A stretch of DNA of 61,225 nt from an uncultured virus (IMG/VR IMGVR_UViG_3300021958_009066) (taxonomy: Duplodnaviria; Heunggongvirae; Uroviricota; Caudoviricetes). Both the position numbers and the translations under genes were made by a program. Location of the stretch: IMG/VR virus record IMGVR_UViG_3300021958_009066; one strand, written 5' to 3'. The notes beneath the pieces were generated by a model, which was given only the letters and a program-made list of their open reading frames with translations, was not told where the DNA came from and searched no databases. Below, in pieces: positions 18,535 through 28,998 of the stretch (position 1 is the first letter of the stretch; each line of letters begins with the position of its first letter).

Positions 18535-20070
18535 ATGAATAAAGATAGTCATTTAATATGGGAAAATTACAGAAGTAAAACAATTGATGATTTAATCAAG
18601 GAAAGTTTTGAACGGGATGTTGTTAATGTAGCTCCTCTACTCGAGCAGCAATTGTTACAAGAAGGTATTATAGATGAAAATTTACTAGGTAAAATAGGTG
18701 GTGCTATCAGTACAGGTTTTGATAAAGCTAAAGAGCTCGGAGGTCAAGCTCTTGACAAAGCCAAGGAACTTGGGGGCAAGGCAGTAGATGCCGCTAAAAA
18801 TGTTGGTAGTAAAGTGGCAGGTGCTGTTTCTGACAAATTAGTTAGACCGTTGCTCGACAAAGCGTGGGCCTTTTTGCAAAAAAATGCGCCAGACGTGGCT
18901 CAACGTATATCAGCAGCGGTGGCGGCTGGTGATGCTAATGCTTTACAGGCAGAAATTCAAGCTGGTGGTGGTGACCAGGTCAAAAATCAAATAGCCAACC
19001 AGCCAGATCAACCACAACAAGTACAAGAAGCGTTGTTGATGGAATATTTAACTACATTCAATATAATTTCAGAAGCAGATATACAACAAGGGCAAACAGC
19101 TTCTATGGCAACTGCTGCTAGTCAGCAAGGTCAGCAAGGCGGAGGTGGTATGTTAGCTAAAGCCATGAACTGGATGAAACAAAACCCGAATTTGACGACT
19201 GCTAGCGCGTTAGGTTTGATTGGGCTAGCTGGGGCTGCTCTTGGAGGCGCGCCTTTGTTACTCATGGCCGCGAAAGGTGCTGGCTGGGGTGGTCTTATCG
19301 GTGGTGCTGTAGGTGGTGGTACTGAAGTTGTGTCCGGATTAGTTCAAGGTAAGGGTGTCAAACAATCATTGAAAGATGCTGGTGGTGCTGCGTTATCAGG
19401 TGCACGTAAAGGTGCGGTGATGGGTGCTGGTGGTAATTTAATTAGCGGTCTGATACAAGGTGTAGGGCGAGGTGCAGAAGCTAATGCACAAAAAGCGGCT
19501 CAAGAACCCGCGGGTGAACCTGCGGCTGATGGTACACAACAGCAACAAGAGCCAGATTTTTCTGGAACTAAAGATGTTTCACGTGGATCAGGTTCTGCAG
19601 ATGGCGCGACACCTCAAGAGTTAGGAGATCCAAACTACAACAAAGGTGCGGATTTAGACTTTGACGGAGATGTAGATGCGCGTGATGCTGCACTTTACAA
19701 AATGCAACAACGTTATGATGCTGCTGGTGTTAATGCTGATGCATCACAATTGGCTGGTGGTCCTGGTATGGATGTTGTCAACGCTCCTGCTGCTCCTGCT
19801 GCCGCAGCTCCGGTAGCTGCTCCTGCTGCTCCAGTAGCGACTCCCCCGGTTAGTGATGTTGGTGGTGTTGTTGGTGGTGCTGTTGGTGGTACAGTTGATG
19901 CAACTCAACGTGAACTAGAAAAACGTAAAAAAGACAGCACCGGTACTAGAATGAGTGCTGGTGGTAATCGTTTAGAAGAAAATGACGATGTTGAAGAGGA
20001 TGAGGATGTCAAAAAACAAAAAATGTTAGACTCTTATCGTCCTGGATGGGCCACAAGAATCAAAATTTAA
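18535..20070 (+). CDS. G/A/Q-rich protein with glycine-zipper hydrophobic segments, putative virion/ejected protein
   Basis: TAAATA upstream; GLIGLAGAALGG...GGLIGGAVGGG; DLDFDGDVDARD loop. Confidence 0.55.
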   Translation: MNKDSHLIWENYRSKTIDDLIKESFERDVVNVAPLLEQQLLQEGIIDENLLGKIGGAISTGFDKAKELGGQALDKAKELGGKAVDAAKNVGSKVAGAVSDKLVRPLLDKAWAFLQKNAPDVAQRISAAVAAGDANALQAEIQAGGGDQVKNQIANQPDQPQQVQEALLMEYLTTFNIISEADIQQGQTASMATAASQQGQQGGGGMLAKAMNWMKQNPNLTTASALGLIGLAGAALGGAPLLLMAAKGAGWGGLIGGAVGGGTEVVSGLVQGKGVKQSLKDAGGAALSGARKGAVMGAGGNLISGLIQGVGRGAEANAQKAAQEPAGEPAADGTQQQQEPDFSGTKDVSRGSGSADGATPQELGDPNYNKGADLDFDGDVDARDAALYKMQQRYDAAGVNADASQLAGGPGMDVVNAPAAPAAAAPVAAPAAPVATPPVSDVGGVVGGAVGGTVDATQRELEKRKKDSTGTRMSAGGNRLEENDDVEEDEDVKKQKMLDSYRPGWATRIKI

Positions 20071-21137
20071 TTGTACTGATAGTCGTCTTTTAACTTTTCT
20101 TCAATAACTGGGAGAATTTTGCCCCAGATCTCTTCATTGTCACGCCATTGCTTGTAGTATCCTAGTTTAGTACCATCTGGTAATTGATATGTACTACCCG
20201 TTTGTATAACCGCTCCATGATTTACAGCGACGTTTAACAGACCTGAGTATTTGTCTAATCCGGTTTTGAAATTCAAGTACATCTCACATTCAAGAAAGGG
20301 TGGTACAAAGCGGTTTTTCACTGTAAGTGCTCGTAACGTTGTACCGCTGTAATTTTTAGCTTCAGCGATCATTTGATCTGATTCGTTGTTCTTGTCATTT
20401 CTCTCGTCACGCTTAGCTAGTTGTACCAACACACTGGCTAGATACACAGGTCCTTTACCACCAGCTTGGTTTTTCACTAGTGATGGAAACATGGCAGCAG
20501 GATCATCATATGTATGATTACTGAACAAAATGGTTGTGTTAGCTTCTGCTGCTTTGAACGTCAAAGTTCTCATCATGCTCTTGAGCCCTTTGGCGCGAGT
20601 ACCCATGTCAACTGCACTCTTGTCTTTGTCGATATCATCCATCTCTTTTTGACTTGCGAGATTACCTAGACTATCGATACTGATGATGAATTTACCTTGT
20701 TGTTTGTTCTCTATGATACGGTCTAAAAATTTTACAATTTGATTTCTTGTCTCTTCAACTGTTTGTACCGGTACATATTTAACTTTTGCCGGGTCTAATC
20801 CCACACCACGTACACTGCTTTCATCAACAGCTGCTTCTGTGTCAAATATAACCGGAATTACACCTTCTCGTTGAGCTCCAGCGAGTATTTTGTTTATAAT
20901 GTATGTTTTACCAGCCATACTAGGTCCAGCAAAACCAGTGACACGACCTTTTGGTACACCTTTGTACAGACTACCGCTGATGATGCTGTTCAATACCAGA
21001 CAACCAGTATCATGCCAGTCTTTCACATTGCTCAGAGTACTCTCGTCTAAGAATCCCGCTAGTGGATTCATTTTGTCAAGGCTTTCTAACGCCTTGAGAG
21101 CATCTGTACTTATATCTGAACTATTCTTTTTGCTCAT
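20067..21137 (-). CDS. uvsX: RecA-like recombinase
   Basis: GPSMAGKT, FDTEAA, IDSLGNL, KNRFVPPF. Confidence 0.93.
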   Translation of the reverse strand: MSKKNSSDISTDALKALESLDKMNPLAGFLDESTLSNVKDWHDTGCLVLNSIISGSLYKGVPKGRVTGFAGPSMAGKTYIINKILAGAQREGVIPVIFDTEAAVDESSVRGVGLDPAKVKYVPVQTVEETRNQIVKFLDRIIENKQQGKFIISIDSLGNLASQKEMDDIDKDKSAVDMGTRAKGLKSMMRTLTFKAAEANTTILFSNHTYDDPAAMFPSLVKNQAGGKGPVYLASVLVQLAKRDERNDKNNESDQMIAEAKNYSGTTLRALTVKNRFVPPFLECEMYLNFKTGLDKYSGLLNVAVNHGAVIQTGSTYQLPDGTKLGYYKQWRDNEEIWGKILPVIEEKLKDDYQYN

Positions 21138-21549
21138 CTACTTGAGCTTCTTCAGCAGTTTGTTTTTCATCAAACATTTTAACCTCTTTAGCTCGTTTAG
21201 CTGCTGCACCTTCAAATTCTTCAACACTTGGTGGGTTGGTGTTTGCTTCTTTAGTCATCATCTTTTCATACTGACTATACAATCTATCATCTAGGTTGAA
21301 TTGTTCTGTATAACATGTTGATACTTTTGAGAAGGTCCAACACAACCCATCCGCGCGTTTTGATTCTTCTACAAACTCTCTGAAGAAAAATGGTATCAAT
21401 TGTACAGCTAATTGACCAGTTTGTTGGTTTGGTTGTATGAACAATGTAGCTGGGTTTTTAAGCACAATGTTATCTTTAGTTTCTTTTTCATGCTCACCTA
21501 GGATTGTTCGTCCGGCTGCATCTACAATTACTCTTAAATCTAGACTCAT
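21121..21549 (-). CDS. Hypothetical protein (possibly Sm-like fold)
   Basis: GRTILGE...LKNPA pattern; own promoter. Confidence 0.6.
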   Translation of the reverse strand: MSLDLRVIVDAAGRTILGEHEKETKDNIVLKNPATLFIQPNQQTGQLAVQLIPFFFREFVEESKRADGLCWTFSKVSTCYTEQFNLDDRLYSQYEKMMTKEANTNPPSVEEFEGAAAKRAKEVKMFDEKQTAEEAQVDEQKE

Positions 21550-21555
21550 AACATT

Positions 21556-21584
21556 ATTATATATTATGGTATATGGTAAATCAA
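21556..21584 (-). promoter_or_regulatory. Sigma70-type promoter
   Basis: TTGATT-N17-TATAAT-N6-ATG. Confidence 0.7.
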
Positions 21585-21585
21585 C

Positions 21586-24195
21586 TTAAACAGCTAATAA
21601 ATCAAATAAATCTGTTTGAACTGCCATACCAGGTTTTTTAGCTTTCCATTTGACACTATCATAAAACCTCTCGATAATACTATACACAATTTTATCAAAC
21701 ATTAACTCTCGATCAATTTTAAATAATTCTTTGAATTCATCAGGGTAGTAATATTTGTAACCAATTGCATTTATACCATATCTGTTAGGTTGTTGTACAT
21801 AGAAATACCTGACCTTGTCACCTGTACTAATTGTTTCATACTTATGTTCTATGTTGAGTTTTTCGAGTATTTTATTATGTATATAACTCGCTTTCACATG
21901 TATTGGCATGCCTTTGCATGTATTAAATTCATGACATCTACTAGCATATTTGTCATACTCTTTACACCCCATAGCGAACGCTACATCCTCAACCGGCAAA
22001 TCTTTGAAAATATCATATGTCTCGTGTAATATCTTGTTTGTTTCACCAAGATTACGGGTCAATAGCATTGTTTCAATAATCTTTTTGATATATGGTTTGA
22101 CAGGCTCTGGGATAGTTGTCCTAACCACTTCAACTCCAGTGTATTTGAACTTGTTTGTTTGTATACCTTCATCATCCAGTACATGTAATACGTATCTCTT
22201 TTTTTCAAGAAACATACCAACATCAGCTATACACTCTCGTTTGAAAACAAATCTGGGGTCTTCACTGTTGAGAGTACGTTGAGCCCATTTGGTTATTTCT
22301 TCATTCAGATGGTCCTCGATCGATTGTACAGTTTCATATGTTTTGTCTGACACTTTACCTTTATCATTACATAAGTTTGTACTGAAGTGATCATTTATCG
22401 GTTTGATACTTATATAACTTGAGTCTGTATCGTTGTATTTGATGATATCCTCTAGTCTCAAGTTCTCATTACCGGTTAATTTTTTTACATACTCGTACAA
22501 TATTTTGTTTGACTGCTTGATAACTGCTTGGCCTGTTAGTGTGATGCTACGTGCTATATCACTGTCACCGAGTGGGGCGTATTTGTTACCAAAATAACCG
22601 TATATACTGTTAATCAATATTTTAACAGTGTATTGCTTCACCCACCAGGTCTCTGATTCAAGTTTTTTGTCTCTATAACCTGGGTCAGATTTATCAAGTT
22701 TAGATAACTGTCTACGTGTTTTATCCATCTCTTTTTTGAACTCAACTCGTTGTGAATATAATTTATCTACAATTTTAGGTATTATACCTTTAGTCTTCTG
22801 ACTGAATAACGCTTTTGCTTTGGTTATTGTTATTCTATCTTTTTTAACGAACTTTAAAAATTTTTCGTGTGTGAGTTTGAATATTTTACCGTTAACATGT
22901 TTGACTACAACATGTGTGTCGTTTTTTTCAACAATGGTACCTACCTTTGTCTCTGGTGAGAGGTTCAATGTGATCATGGTACTGGGGTACAGACTGTTTG
23001 CATCAAAACTCACAATGTCTTGTTGAAACCCTCTTTCTGGTTCACCTACATAAGCACCTTCGTATTTACCTTCCTTGTTATTTTCTTTGATGAATGTAGG
23101 TATTACGTATCCGTCTTTACGTGCTTGAATGACAGATGCGCCAGTAATAACTGTCAGTGTACCCATTGCAGATTCTAGAGGTGATAATCCAACGTATGCT
23201 AACATTCTCAATAGCTTTAGATATTGTAATTTTTCTTCCATTTGTACCAACAAGTTTACGTCTTGAATGTTGTAATCTACAAACGTTTTCCAATCCTGAT
23301 CTGCCAATGTAGCGAGATTTATACCTCCGTAGTCTATCTTTTTATCACCTAGTTCTATTTCAGCAATCGTGTCTAGTTTGTAGTTAGGTCTCAAACCCAT
23401 GCTAAACTTTTTGTATATGTCGAGATAGTCCAAGCTAGCCACTCCTCTTATGTACCATCTGAAACGAGATTTACCAAACTGACCGGCTATTTCTCTACAG
23501 AATACATCACCAACTGGGCTGAGCTGTTTATATTCATCTTCATCTAAGACTCGTCCCATGCGACACACTATGTATGGTATATCGAACAGCTCACTGTTCC
23601 AACCAGTTATAATGTCAGGGTAATCACGTTTTGTAAACTCAATGTACCTTCTCAACATCTCCACTTCGGTCTGACAGTGATAATATACGATATCTTGTTT
23701 GTTTATTTTGCTGTTGTTTGTACCGATGTTGGTAGTTTCATAAGCTTTTGTTCCCCATGAGAAAAATTTATTATGTATGGAGTCATAAACAGTTATTACG
23801 TTTATAGGGTGAGTGGGATTATCGACGTCCGGGAATGTATCTGGGCTGTATGTTTCAATGTCTATAAAGTGTATCTTGAGAGGGTGTTGAGTGAACTCTT
23901 TGCTTTCGTTCTGTTCCCAAAATTGATCTATCAAGAATTGTTGCTCACTTGGAATGTTTTCAAATACTCTCGTGACACCACAATCCTTTACAAACTTGTA
24001 ACGATCGTATTGTGTTTTAAACGAACGTTTCTTTACCGGTGTATTGAATATACTCGTTCCGTTACTTTTACCGTTTGTCTCATAAAATACATATGGGTTG
24101 AAGGACATGTCATAACACACACGTGTACCGGATTTATCCCATGTGAACAGCTTGCACAGTTCATTTTTTGCATCATATATTACGTTTCTATACAC
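21586..24195 (-). CDS. gp43: Family B DNA polymerase
   Basis: DIET, GWNSELFDIPY, YNIQD, FDANSLYPS, KILINSIYG, YNDTDS, KKRY. Confidence 0.97.
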   Translation of the reverse strand: MYRNVIYDAKNELCKLFTWDKSGTRVCYDMSFNPYVFYETNGKSNGTSIFNTPVKKRSFKTQYDRYKFVKDCGVTRVFENIPSEQQFLIDQFWEQNESKEFTQHPLKIHFIDIETYSPDTFPDVDNPTHPINVITVYDSIHNKFFSWGTKAYETTNIGTNNSKINKQDIVYYHCQTEVEMLRRYIEFTKRDYPDIITGWNSELFDIPYIVCRMGRVLDEDEYKQLSPVGDVFCREIAGQFGKSRFRWYIRGVASLDYLDIYKKFSMGLRPNYKLDTIAEIELGDKKIDYGGINLATLADQDWKTFVDYNIQDVNLLVQMEEKLQYLKLLRMLAYVGLSPLESAMGTLTVITGASVIQARKDGYVIPTFIKENNKEGKYEGAYVGEPERGFQQDIVSFDANSLYPSTMITLNLSPETKVGTIVEKNDTHVVVKHVNGKIFKLTHEKFLKFVKKDRITITKAKALFSQKTKGIIPKIVDKLYSQRVEFKKEMDKTRRQLSKLDKSDPGYRDKKLESETWWVKQYTVKILINSIYGYFGNKYAPLGDSDIARSITLTGQAVIKQSNKILYEYVKKLTGNENLRLEDIIKYNDTDSSYISIKPINDHFSTNLCNDKGKVSDKTYETVQSIEDHLNEEITKWAQRTLNSEDPRFVFKRECIADVGMFLEKKRYVLHVLDDEGIQTNKFKYTGVEVVRTTIPEPVKPYIKKIIETMLLTRNLGETNKILHETYDIFKDLPVEDVAFAMGCKEYDKYASRCHEFNTCKGMPIHVKASYIHNKILEKLNIEHKYETISTGDKVRYFYVQQPNRYGINAIGYKYYYPDEFKELFKIDRELMFDKIVYSIIERFYDSVKWKAKKPGMAVQTDLFDLLAV

Positions 24196-24201
24196 TATTA
24201 C

Positions 24202-24230
24202 ATTATAGAAACATAGTAGTCAAATGTCAA
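24202..24230 (-). promoter_or_regulatory. Perfect-consensus sigma70 promoter of gp43
   Basis: TTGACA-N17-TATAAT-N6-GTG. Confidence 0.88.
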
Positions 24231-24442
24231 GTACTGCGTTGCTTGATATCTTCTACTTGTGTTGAAAAGCTAGATACTATATCTGCTAATATTTTACCTG
24301 TTTGATTAACTGATAGCTTGGATGACATTAGGTTGTCAATTTCATTAATAAATGCTTGGCTTAATTCAATACTTTCAGAAAGTAAGTCTTGCTCAGGTTG
24401 ATCCTTTTTCACAGCCTTTTTAGTTGTTTTTTTAGTGGTCAT
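24227..24442 (-). CDS. Small hypothetical protein
   Basis: Operon tiling. Confidence 0.55.
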   Translation of the reverse strand: MTTKKTTKKAVKKDQPEQDLLSESIELSQAFINEIDNLMSSKLSVNQTGKILADIVSSFSTQVEDIKQRST

Positions 24443-25622
24443 TTATTTTATTTATGTTAGTTCTTTCTCGATGGCCATATGGATATTTATATAGTTCGGC
24501 AAATTTTTGTCTATTATTTTCATTTTCTAACCACATGTTATTAACAATACTATAATTACGTTCACATAATGTCATGTAATTTTTTTTGTTAGATAATACT
24601 TCTTGTATTTGATTTATCATCTGCCCACCTGTTTCAAATTTATTTTTACATCTATCATATGTGACAATATCTTGAGCTACCATTGGTATTCCTAGAGCAC
24701 TTGCTTCTAAAAATTTTATCTCGCTCTTACAGTTGTTAAATACATTATCTGCTAGTGGCGCTACCATCACATCTATATTAAGTTGGTTCACTTTATATGG
24801 ATATTCATGTAGATGAACCCATTTATGAAACTCTATTTTTTTGTTGTCTACATATTTTTTTAATTGTATCGGGAAACCTCCGAGAAATACCCATTGATAC
24901 TTATCAATAGTTTTTTCTATTGATTCAATTACATGTGTGACATCATCCTGTAAGTTGTTTTTTTGTTGTAAATCAAAGTGTGAACTACTACCAGCGTACA
25001 TTATACGTGGTTTTTTTATATTTTTATCAAATCTAATGCTTATTTTTTTAGGGTCATAAAACCTATCAATCCATGTCCGGGTAGGGTAATTAGGTATAAC
25101 TGTGATATTTTTTTGTTTTGTTTTTGACAGGAAATAGTTTCTCATTGCATCGCACGTGACTGTCATTTCATCACAATACTCCATCATATCCTGTATATTG
25201 GTTCTAATTTTATTATCTGTAAAAGCATCTCTGAATGCATTCCACATAGGAATATCTTCTCCGAACACTATATCATCTATTTCGTAGATTAGTCTCACAC
25301 CCATTTGTTCTTTTAAAAATCTCAAATATTGTTTTTGAGATTCATTTGCTTGTCTTTGAACTCTAACACAAGTCACACCATGAAAGTGTTTAGGGTCGGT
25401 AATCATTACTGTTGAGCTTTGCATAACACAATGTCGGTATGCATTTAATACTTGTTCCGGCCATAACATTCTCCAGTGACCGCACCCTGTATAGTCTGCT
25501 ATAAAATTTAGATATCTTGATAATTCCTGATCTGGTGGGGCAGGTAATTTTTGTCTTTCAGCTGGTAATGGTAGTGACCCAAAAGTAGGAGTCTTAGTTG
25601 GTGTGAATGGGTTTACAAACAT
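24432..25622 (-). CDS. GT-B fold glycosyltransferase
   Basis: GCGHWRM, YEIDD, APLADNVFNNCKSEIKFLEA. Confidence 0.85.
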   Translation of the reverse strand: MFVNPFTPTKTPTFGSLPLPAERQKLPAPPDQELSRYLNFIADYTGCGHWRMLWPEQVLNAYRHCVMQSSTVMITDPKHFHGVTCVRVQRQANESQKQYLRFLKEQMGVRLIYEIDDIVFGEDIPMWNAFRDAFTDNKIRTNIQDMMEYCDEMTVTCDAMRNYFLSKTKQKNITVIPNYPTRTWIDRFYDPKKISIRFDKNIKKPRIMYAGSSSHFDLQQKNNLQDDVTHVIESIEKTIDKYQWVFLGGFPIQLKKYVDNKKIEFHKWVHLHEYPYKVNQLNIDVMVAPLADNVFNNCKSEIKFLEASALGIPMVAQDIVTYDRCKNKFETGGQMINQIQEVLSNKKNYMTLCERNYSIVNNMWLENENNRQKFAELYKYPYGHRERTNINKINDH

Positions 25623-25623
25623 T

Positions 25624-27465
25624 TTATATACTATACTTTTCTAAATCAAATATGGTTCGAGTAGTTATACCATTTTCTTTTTGCAGGAATATAACTTCTC
25701 CGGGTGATTGTTCATTCTGTGTGGTGAAATTGATACTCTCCTTCCGGTGTGATATAACATACATACATTCATTGTACTTACTTAGTCTTTCATTTAATAT
25801 ATCTACAACTAAATCTACACCCTTTTCATCTAGACTACTATCAAATAGTTCATCATATACACTGACGTTGAAACTGACGTCACCCTGTAAACGACGAATA
25901 TCCATGAATGTAAATAAACAAGCTAAATCTATATTTTTTCTCTCTGCACCGCTAAAGTTGAAATAACTACAGATCTTACCTTTATCGTCGATAATTTGTT
26001 CTTCAAAATATTCATTGAAAAACAAAATACAGTTACTATCCATTTTTTTCAAATAGTATGATAACTTACTGTTGAGTAGTTCTAATATTTTTTTAACAAT
26101 ATATGACTTAACACCTTCTTCAGATACAACAAACTTGACAACATCTAAATCCTTTATATTTTCTTTAAGTTTTTGTATATTTTGTTTGATCGTATCCAAC
26201 CGCGACACCGTATCGCTTAACACACTATCAAACTGAGTTGTTGTATTGTTTAATTCTTGAATATCTTGTTTTAATTCTTGTTGCCATGACTCTAATTGCG
26301 ATTTACGTTGTTCTAAATTCTCAACCTCTTTTACAATTAGTTTTGATTCGGAAATCATTTGATTGTTTTTATCAACACGTTCCAATAACACGTTTTTAAC
26401 TGATACTAATTCTTTATGTTCGGCTAGTTGTTTATCTATAATACTCTTACACTCATGTATTTTGTTTTTAATTTTTTCCTTTTCTTGATTGATGTGATCT
26501 TTGTCATCTGTTTTTATTTTTCTCAGACATGTAGGGCAAACAGGTTCTGAGCTAACTCCAGATAATGTAGACAACTGTTCTTTATATAAAGATATATTTG
26601 TTTTTTGCTCTACAACACTAGATGTACATTTTTGAATTTTGCTCTCACACGTAACCATACGTGAGTTGAGCACTTCTATTTTTGTTTCAAATTCTGTTGA
26701 GTCCAACACTTTAATTGTTTTTATCTTCTCATCTACTCGGGATAATTCTGTAGCGTTCTCTTTTTGTCTAGTTTTGTATTTTTCTAGCTTTTGTTTTTTG
26801 TTACTATCGTGCAAAGCTTTTTGTTCTTGATATGCTCTAAGAGAATTTTCTACTTCATCTCTGATGGTACACTCCGTCTCTAGTTCTCTTCTTTTTTCAT
26901 TATATTCATTTCGAAGTAAGTTTATCATATCACTAAAAACCTCTAGGTTCAATATACCTTCAATAAATTTTCTTTTATCTAGGCGTTTTTTAGCCATAAA
27001 CGGGATTGTGTTGTTTACAGTCATCAACACGCAATTTTGGAACACTTCCTCTGATGTGTTTATCAGATTGTTTATGTAGTCAGTTGTGTTTCCTATTGTG
27101 TCTCTGGTACAATCTTCTCCATTTTTATATATGTAACATTTTGTAGGGGTTAATAAACGTACTATTTTATAATCGTCTGATTTTTGTTTATGTGTAACTG
27201 TCAGTTCTAGCGCGACTTCACACTTACCGGAGGAAATGTTGTTAGATATAAACTCTTTTTTTAGTTCTCTTAATGTGTTACCATATAAAGCGAAGTACAG
27301 TGCATCAGCTACTGTACTCTTACCTACGCCATTTCGTCTATCTACCTTATCCTTATTGATACCTGTCACTATATGGAGACCTGGTTTGAAATCAATAACA
27401 ACCGGGGTTTCCCCTACAGATAGGAAATTCTTTATGGTTAATTTTTTAAACTGTATATATTTCAT
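25624..27465 (-). CDS. gp46: Recombination ATPase, Rad50/SbcC-like
   Basis: KNFLSVG, NGVGKST, CPTC hook, FSGAE, YDELFD, ISH. Confidence 0.95.
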   Translation of the reverse strand: MKYIQFKKLTIKNFLSVGETPVVIDFKPGLHIVTGINKDKVDRRNGVGKSTVADALYFALYGNTLRELKKEFISNNISSGKCEVALELTVTHKQKSDDYKIVRLLTPTKCYIYKNGEDCTRDTIGNTTDYINNLINTSEEVFQNCVLMTVNNTIPFMAKKRLDKRKFIEGILNLEVFSDMINLLRNEYNEKRRELETECTIRDEVENSLRAYQEQKALHDSNKKQKLEKYKTRQKENATELSRVDEKIKTIKVLDSTEFETKIEVLNSRMVTCESKIQKCTSSVVEQKTNISLYKEQLSTLSGVSSEPVCPTCLRKIKTDDKDHINQEKEKIKNKIHECKSIIDKQLAEHKELVSVKNVLLERVDKNNQMISESKLIVKEVENLEQRKSQLESWQQELKQDIQELNNTTTQFDSVLSDTVSRLDTIKQNIQKLKENIKDLDVVKFVVSEEGVKSYIVKKILELLNSKLSYYLKKMDSNCILFFNEYFEEQIIDDKGKICSYFNFSGAERKNIDLACLFTFMDIRRLQGDVSFNVSVYDELFDSSLDEKGVDLVVDILNERLSKYNECMYVISHRKESINFTTQNEQSPGEVIFLQKENGITTRTIFDLEKYSI

Positions 27466-28523
27466 TTACAACGGTTGTACAGCTCTGTTGTATATTGTAT
27501 TATTTTCTTCTTGTTGTCAACATCCAATAAGTTAACAAACTCTTCAATAGCTGATGATATACTCACTCCAGAGAGATCAGCCTCTCCTTCTTCTAAACCA
27601 AATTTATCAAAATTTATATTATAATCGGTCGTCATGACTAACGGTTTGTATGAGCTGAGCAATCTTAATAATTGATCTATTTCATCAGGTGCTATATTTT
27701 TATCTACTACAAACCTTACAATATTATTTTTTATCCTATTTATTATCTCTTCATCTATATCACCATGCTCCACTAAACCTGATAAAGTTATTTTTTCGTG
27801 CGTAGGTGATATATTGTTTGGTACAAATTCATATTGTTTATCATACAAATTGACTAGATATAACCCTTTTGTTTGCTTTGTGTCGCCGAAATCCATCTGA
27901 TACGGGTTACCTAGATATACAATATTCCCGTTTGAATACTCTCTTTCCTCTCTTGTATGAAAATGACCACTCACAACAAGATCACACTTGTCTAATAATG
28001 TTTTAGATTTAACTCCATGTTTACATACAAAACTTGAGTTTAAGTAAAAATTTTCTATTTCAAAATGACCGAACATTATGTCACACCGCGGTAATGTTTC
28101 TTCAGAAACTCCCCAAGGTACAAAACAGAGTTTTGTATCTCCGTGTTGCATCAAATGATAGTTGTTTTGTACTACTGCGATGTTTGGCCATCCCTGTAGT
28201 AGCGACATGGAATTTACGTCGGAACGGTCTTTATAAAATGCATCATGGTTACCCACAAGCATTATTATGTTAAATTTTTTAAGTTTTAATAAAAAATCAG
28301 AAACATGATGCATAGTATTGACGGCTATTTCATCACGATAGTGAAACAAGTCTCCACAAATGACTATATCCTTTATCTTGTAAAAAGATAATGTCTCTAT
28401 TAACCAATCACACCACGTGTCAGATATATCCAACCACATCTGACTGTTCTGATGTACCCCTATATGTATATCAGAAATACAACAGACTTGATCTTGCTTG
28501 AACTGAAATTGATCAATTATCAT
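27462..28523 (-). CDS. gp47: Recombination nuclease, Mre11/SbcD-like
   Basis: SDIHIG, GDLF, GNHD, GHFE, SGHFH. Confidence 0.95.
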   Translation of the reverse strand: MIIDQFQFKQDQVCCISDIHIGVHQNSQMWLDISDTWCDWLIETLSFYKIKDIVICGDLFHYRDEIAVNTMHHVSDFLLKLKKFNIIMLVGNHDAFYKDRSDVNSMSLLQGWPNIAVVQNNYHLMQHGDTKLCFVPWGVSEETLPRCDIMFGHFEIENFYLNSSFVCKHGVKSKTLLDKCDLVVSGHFHTREEREYSNGNIVYLGNPYQMDFGDTKQTKGLYLVNLYDKQYEFVPNNISPTHEKITLSGLVEHGDIDEEIINRIKNNIVRFVVDKNIAPDEIDQLLRLLSSYKPLVMTTDYNINFDKFGLEEGEADLSGVSISSAIEEFVNLLDVDNKKKIIQYTTELYNRCK

Positions 28524-28998
28524 CGTCGTCTGTATTATCCGCTATGTACACGTGATTTCCAGACTTTTGAGCTTCAGAGGTCAATAATTCTTGATACATC
28601 TGTTCTTGATAATCATTTATTGCTTGTCTCTGTCGCTTCTCTTTTTTGATGCGGTTTATAAATGCATGGAAGGCTATTGTTGTGAAATGACCAAATGGGT
28701 TGTCCCGGTTTTCCAAATCAAATTTTTTATGCTCTAATGCCTGTATCATTTTGAGTATAGCATCACCTACCATCTCATCCTTATAAGTATAGTTTATAAA
28801 ATTAGGCGCATAAGATAGTCCTTCAGCTATTTTTTTTATAAATGTAGCTAGTTGTTCACTAATTACATTACTATCATAGTACTGCTTAAGTTCTTCCATG
28901 AACTCAGCTTGGTTCACATATGTGTTTGTATCCTTACGGCTAGCCCGTTTTCTTTTCTTGGATGGTTGAGATGTTGTAGTTGATTTTTTCTTCATCAT
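28513..28998 (-). CDS. gp55: Late-transcription sigma factor
   Basis: YVNQAEF, PNFINYTYKDEMVGDA, NPFGHFTTIAFHAFINRIKKEK. Confidence 0.93.
   Translation of the reverse strand: MMKKKSTTTSQPSKKRKRASRKDTNTYVNQAEFMEELKQYYDSNVISEQLATFIKKIAEGLSYAPNFINYTYKDEMVGDAILKMIQALEHKKFDLENRDNPFGHFTTIAFHAFINRIKKEKRQRQAINDYQEQMYQELLTSEAQKSGNHVYIADNTDDDDN

Noticed and set aside
21586..24195. Inteins or introns in gp43 (also gp17, gp41, UvsX)
   Set aside because: Lengths are normal and motifs uninterrupted.
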